NCBI GenBank assembly: GCA_946542465.1
Contig: CAMNKQ010000001.1
Span: 1 to 54,054, forward strand
Reading direction: 5' to 3'
Origin: an uncultured Clostridia bacterium
GTDB taxonomy: Bacteria; Bacillota; Clostridia; Oscillospirales; Oscillospiraceae
DNA length: 54,054 nt
The notes below the pieces were generated by a model, which was not told the origin of the DNA, made no database searches, and was given only the letters and a program-made list of their open reading frames with translations. Shown here piece by piece: positions 53,886 through 54,054 of this stretch. Both the position numbers and the translations under genes were made by a program. Each line of letters starts with the position of its first letter. Position 1 is the stretch's first letter.

Positions 53886-54054
53886 CGTCGGATTTTCCCG
53901 ATCATCAGGCAAAGCGGCAACAGCAGAAACCACAGGCTGAGGTTAACCGCCGGGACGATCCGCTCCGACCAGAGGCGCAGACTCGCCAGATCCGGGGCAA
54001 GCGTCAGGGCGACGAGAATGCTGGCAAGGGCACAAAAGGGGATCAGCCAGCGCT
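53870..54054 (-). CDS. 3' end of a hydrophobic membrane protein (partial; start outside the window)
   Basis: My own translation of the minus strand gives RWLIPFCALASILVALTLAPDLASLRLWSERIVPAVNLSLWFLLLPLCLMIGKIRRKTAP-stop. Confidence 0.4.
   Translation of the reverse strand, partial: RWLIPFCALASILVALTLAPDLASLRLWSERIVPAVNLSLWFLLLPLCLMIGKIRRKTAP

Noticed and set aside
1-54054. CRISPR arrays, rRNA/tRNA genes, transposase or integrase genes
   Set aside because: I found no regularly spaced direct repeats with unique spacers, no rRNA- or tRNA-like sequences, and no ORF with DDE, tyrosine- or serine-recombinase motifs on either strand.

Overview
The window has two parts. (1) Positions ~1-11.87 kb are a visibly AT-richer accessory island with genes typical of clostridial ICEs and plasmids: a Spo0A_C-like protein, a Cys-rich KTR protein, an orphan MobC, a short RepA_N protein, a Phd/ParE toxin-antitoxin pair, and an ECF-like sigma / membrane protein / lipoprotein module. 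No integrase or relaxase is present in the window, and the left end of the island lies outside it. (2) The remaining ~42 kb is a high-GC, spore-former chromosomal origin region, probably a Clostridia/Oscillospirales-like organism. It carries rpmG-secE-nusG-rplK-rplA, nth, gpr, two consensus parS sites, parA-parB, serS, mscL, dnaA, a DnaA-box-rich oriC, dnaN, yaaA, recF, remB, gyrB, gyrA, rnhA and mfd. The most interesting element is on the island: a tightly translationally coupled four-gene minus-strand operon at 9364->7087. It encodes an 87-aa ubiquitin-like (multiubiquitin-type) protein ending in a free C-terminal Gly, a prokaryotic E2/UBC-like protein, a ThiF-type E1 whose usual Cys positions are Ser, and a small Cys/His-rich DUF6527-like protein. 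This operon has a perfect consensus promoter and a ~320-nt GC-rich structured leader. A candidate ~128-nt antisense sRNA with its own promoter and terminator lies inside that leader. A fused XRE-HTH/ImmA-IrrE metallopeptidase regulator is divergently transcribed. The module is bracketed by copies of a 23-nt-conserved palindromic motif that recurs across the island. Other observations: a 63-nt inverted repeat pair flanking 6.7 kb of island cargo; a spoIVB-like gene that seems 3'-truncated at the island junction; paralogous sigma modules on the island and the chromosome; and a three-copy MITE-like hairpin-rich intergenic repeat. All calls come from reading the sequence and ORF translations by eye. 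No database search was run.
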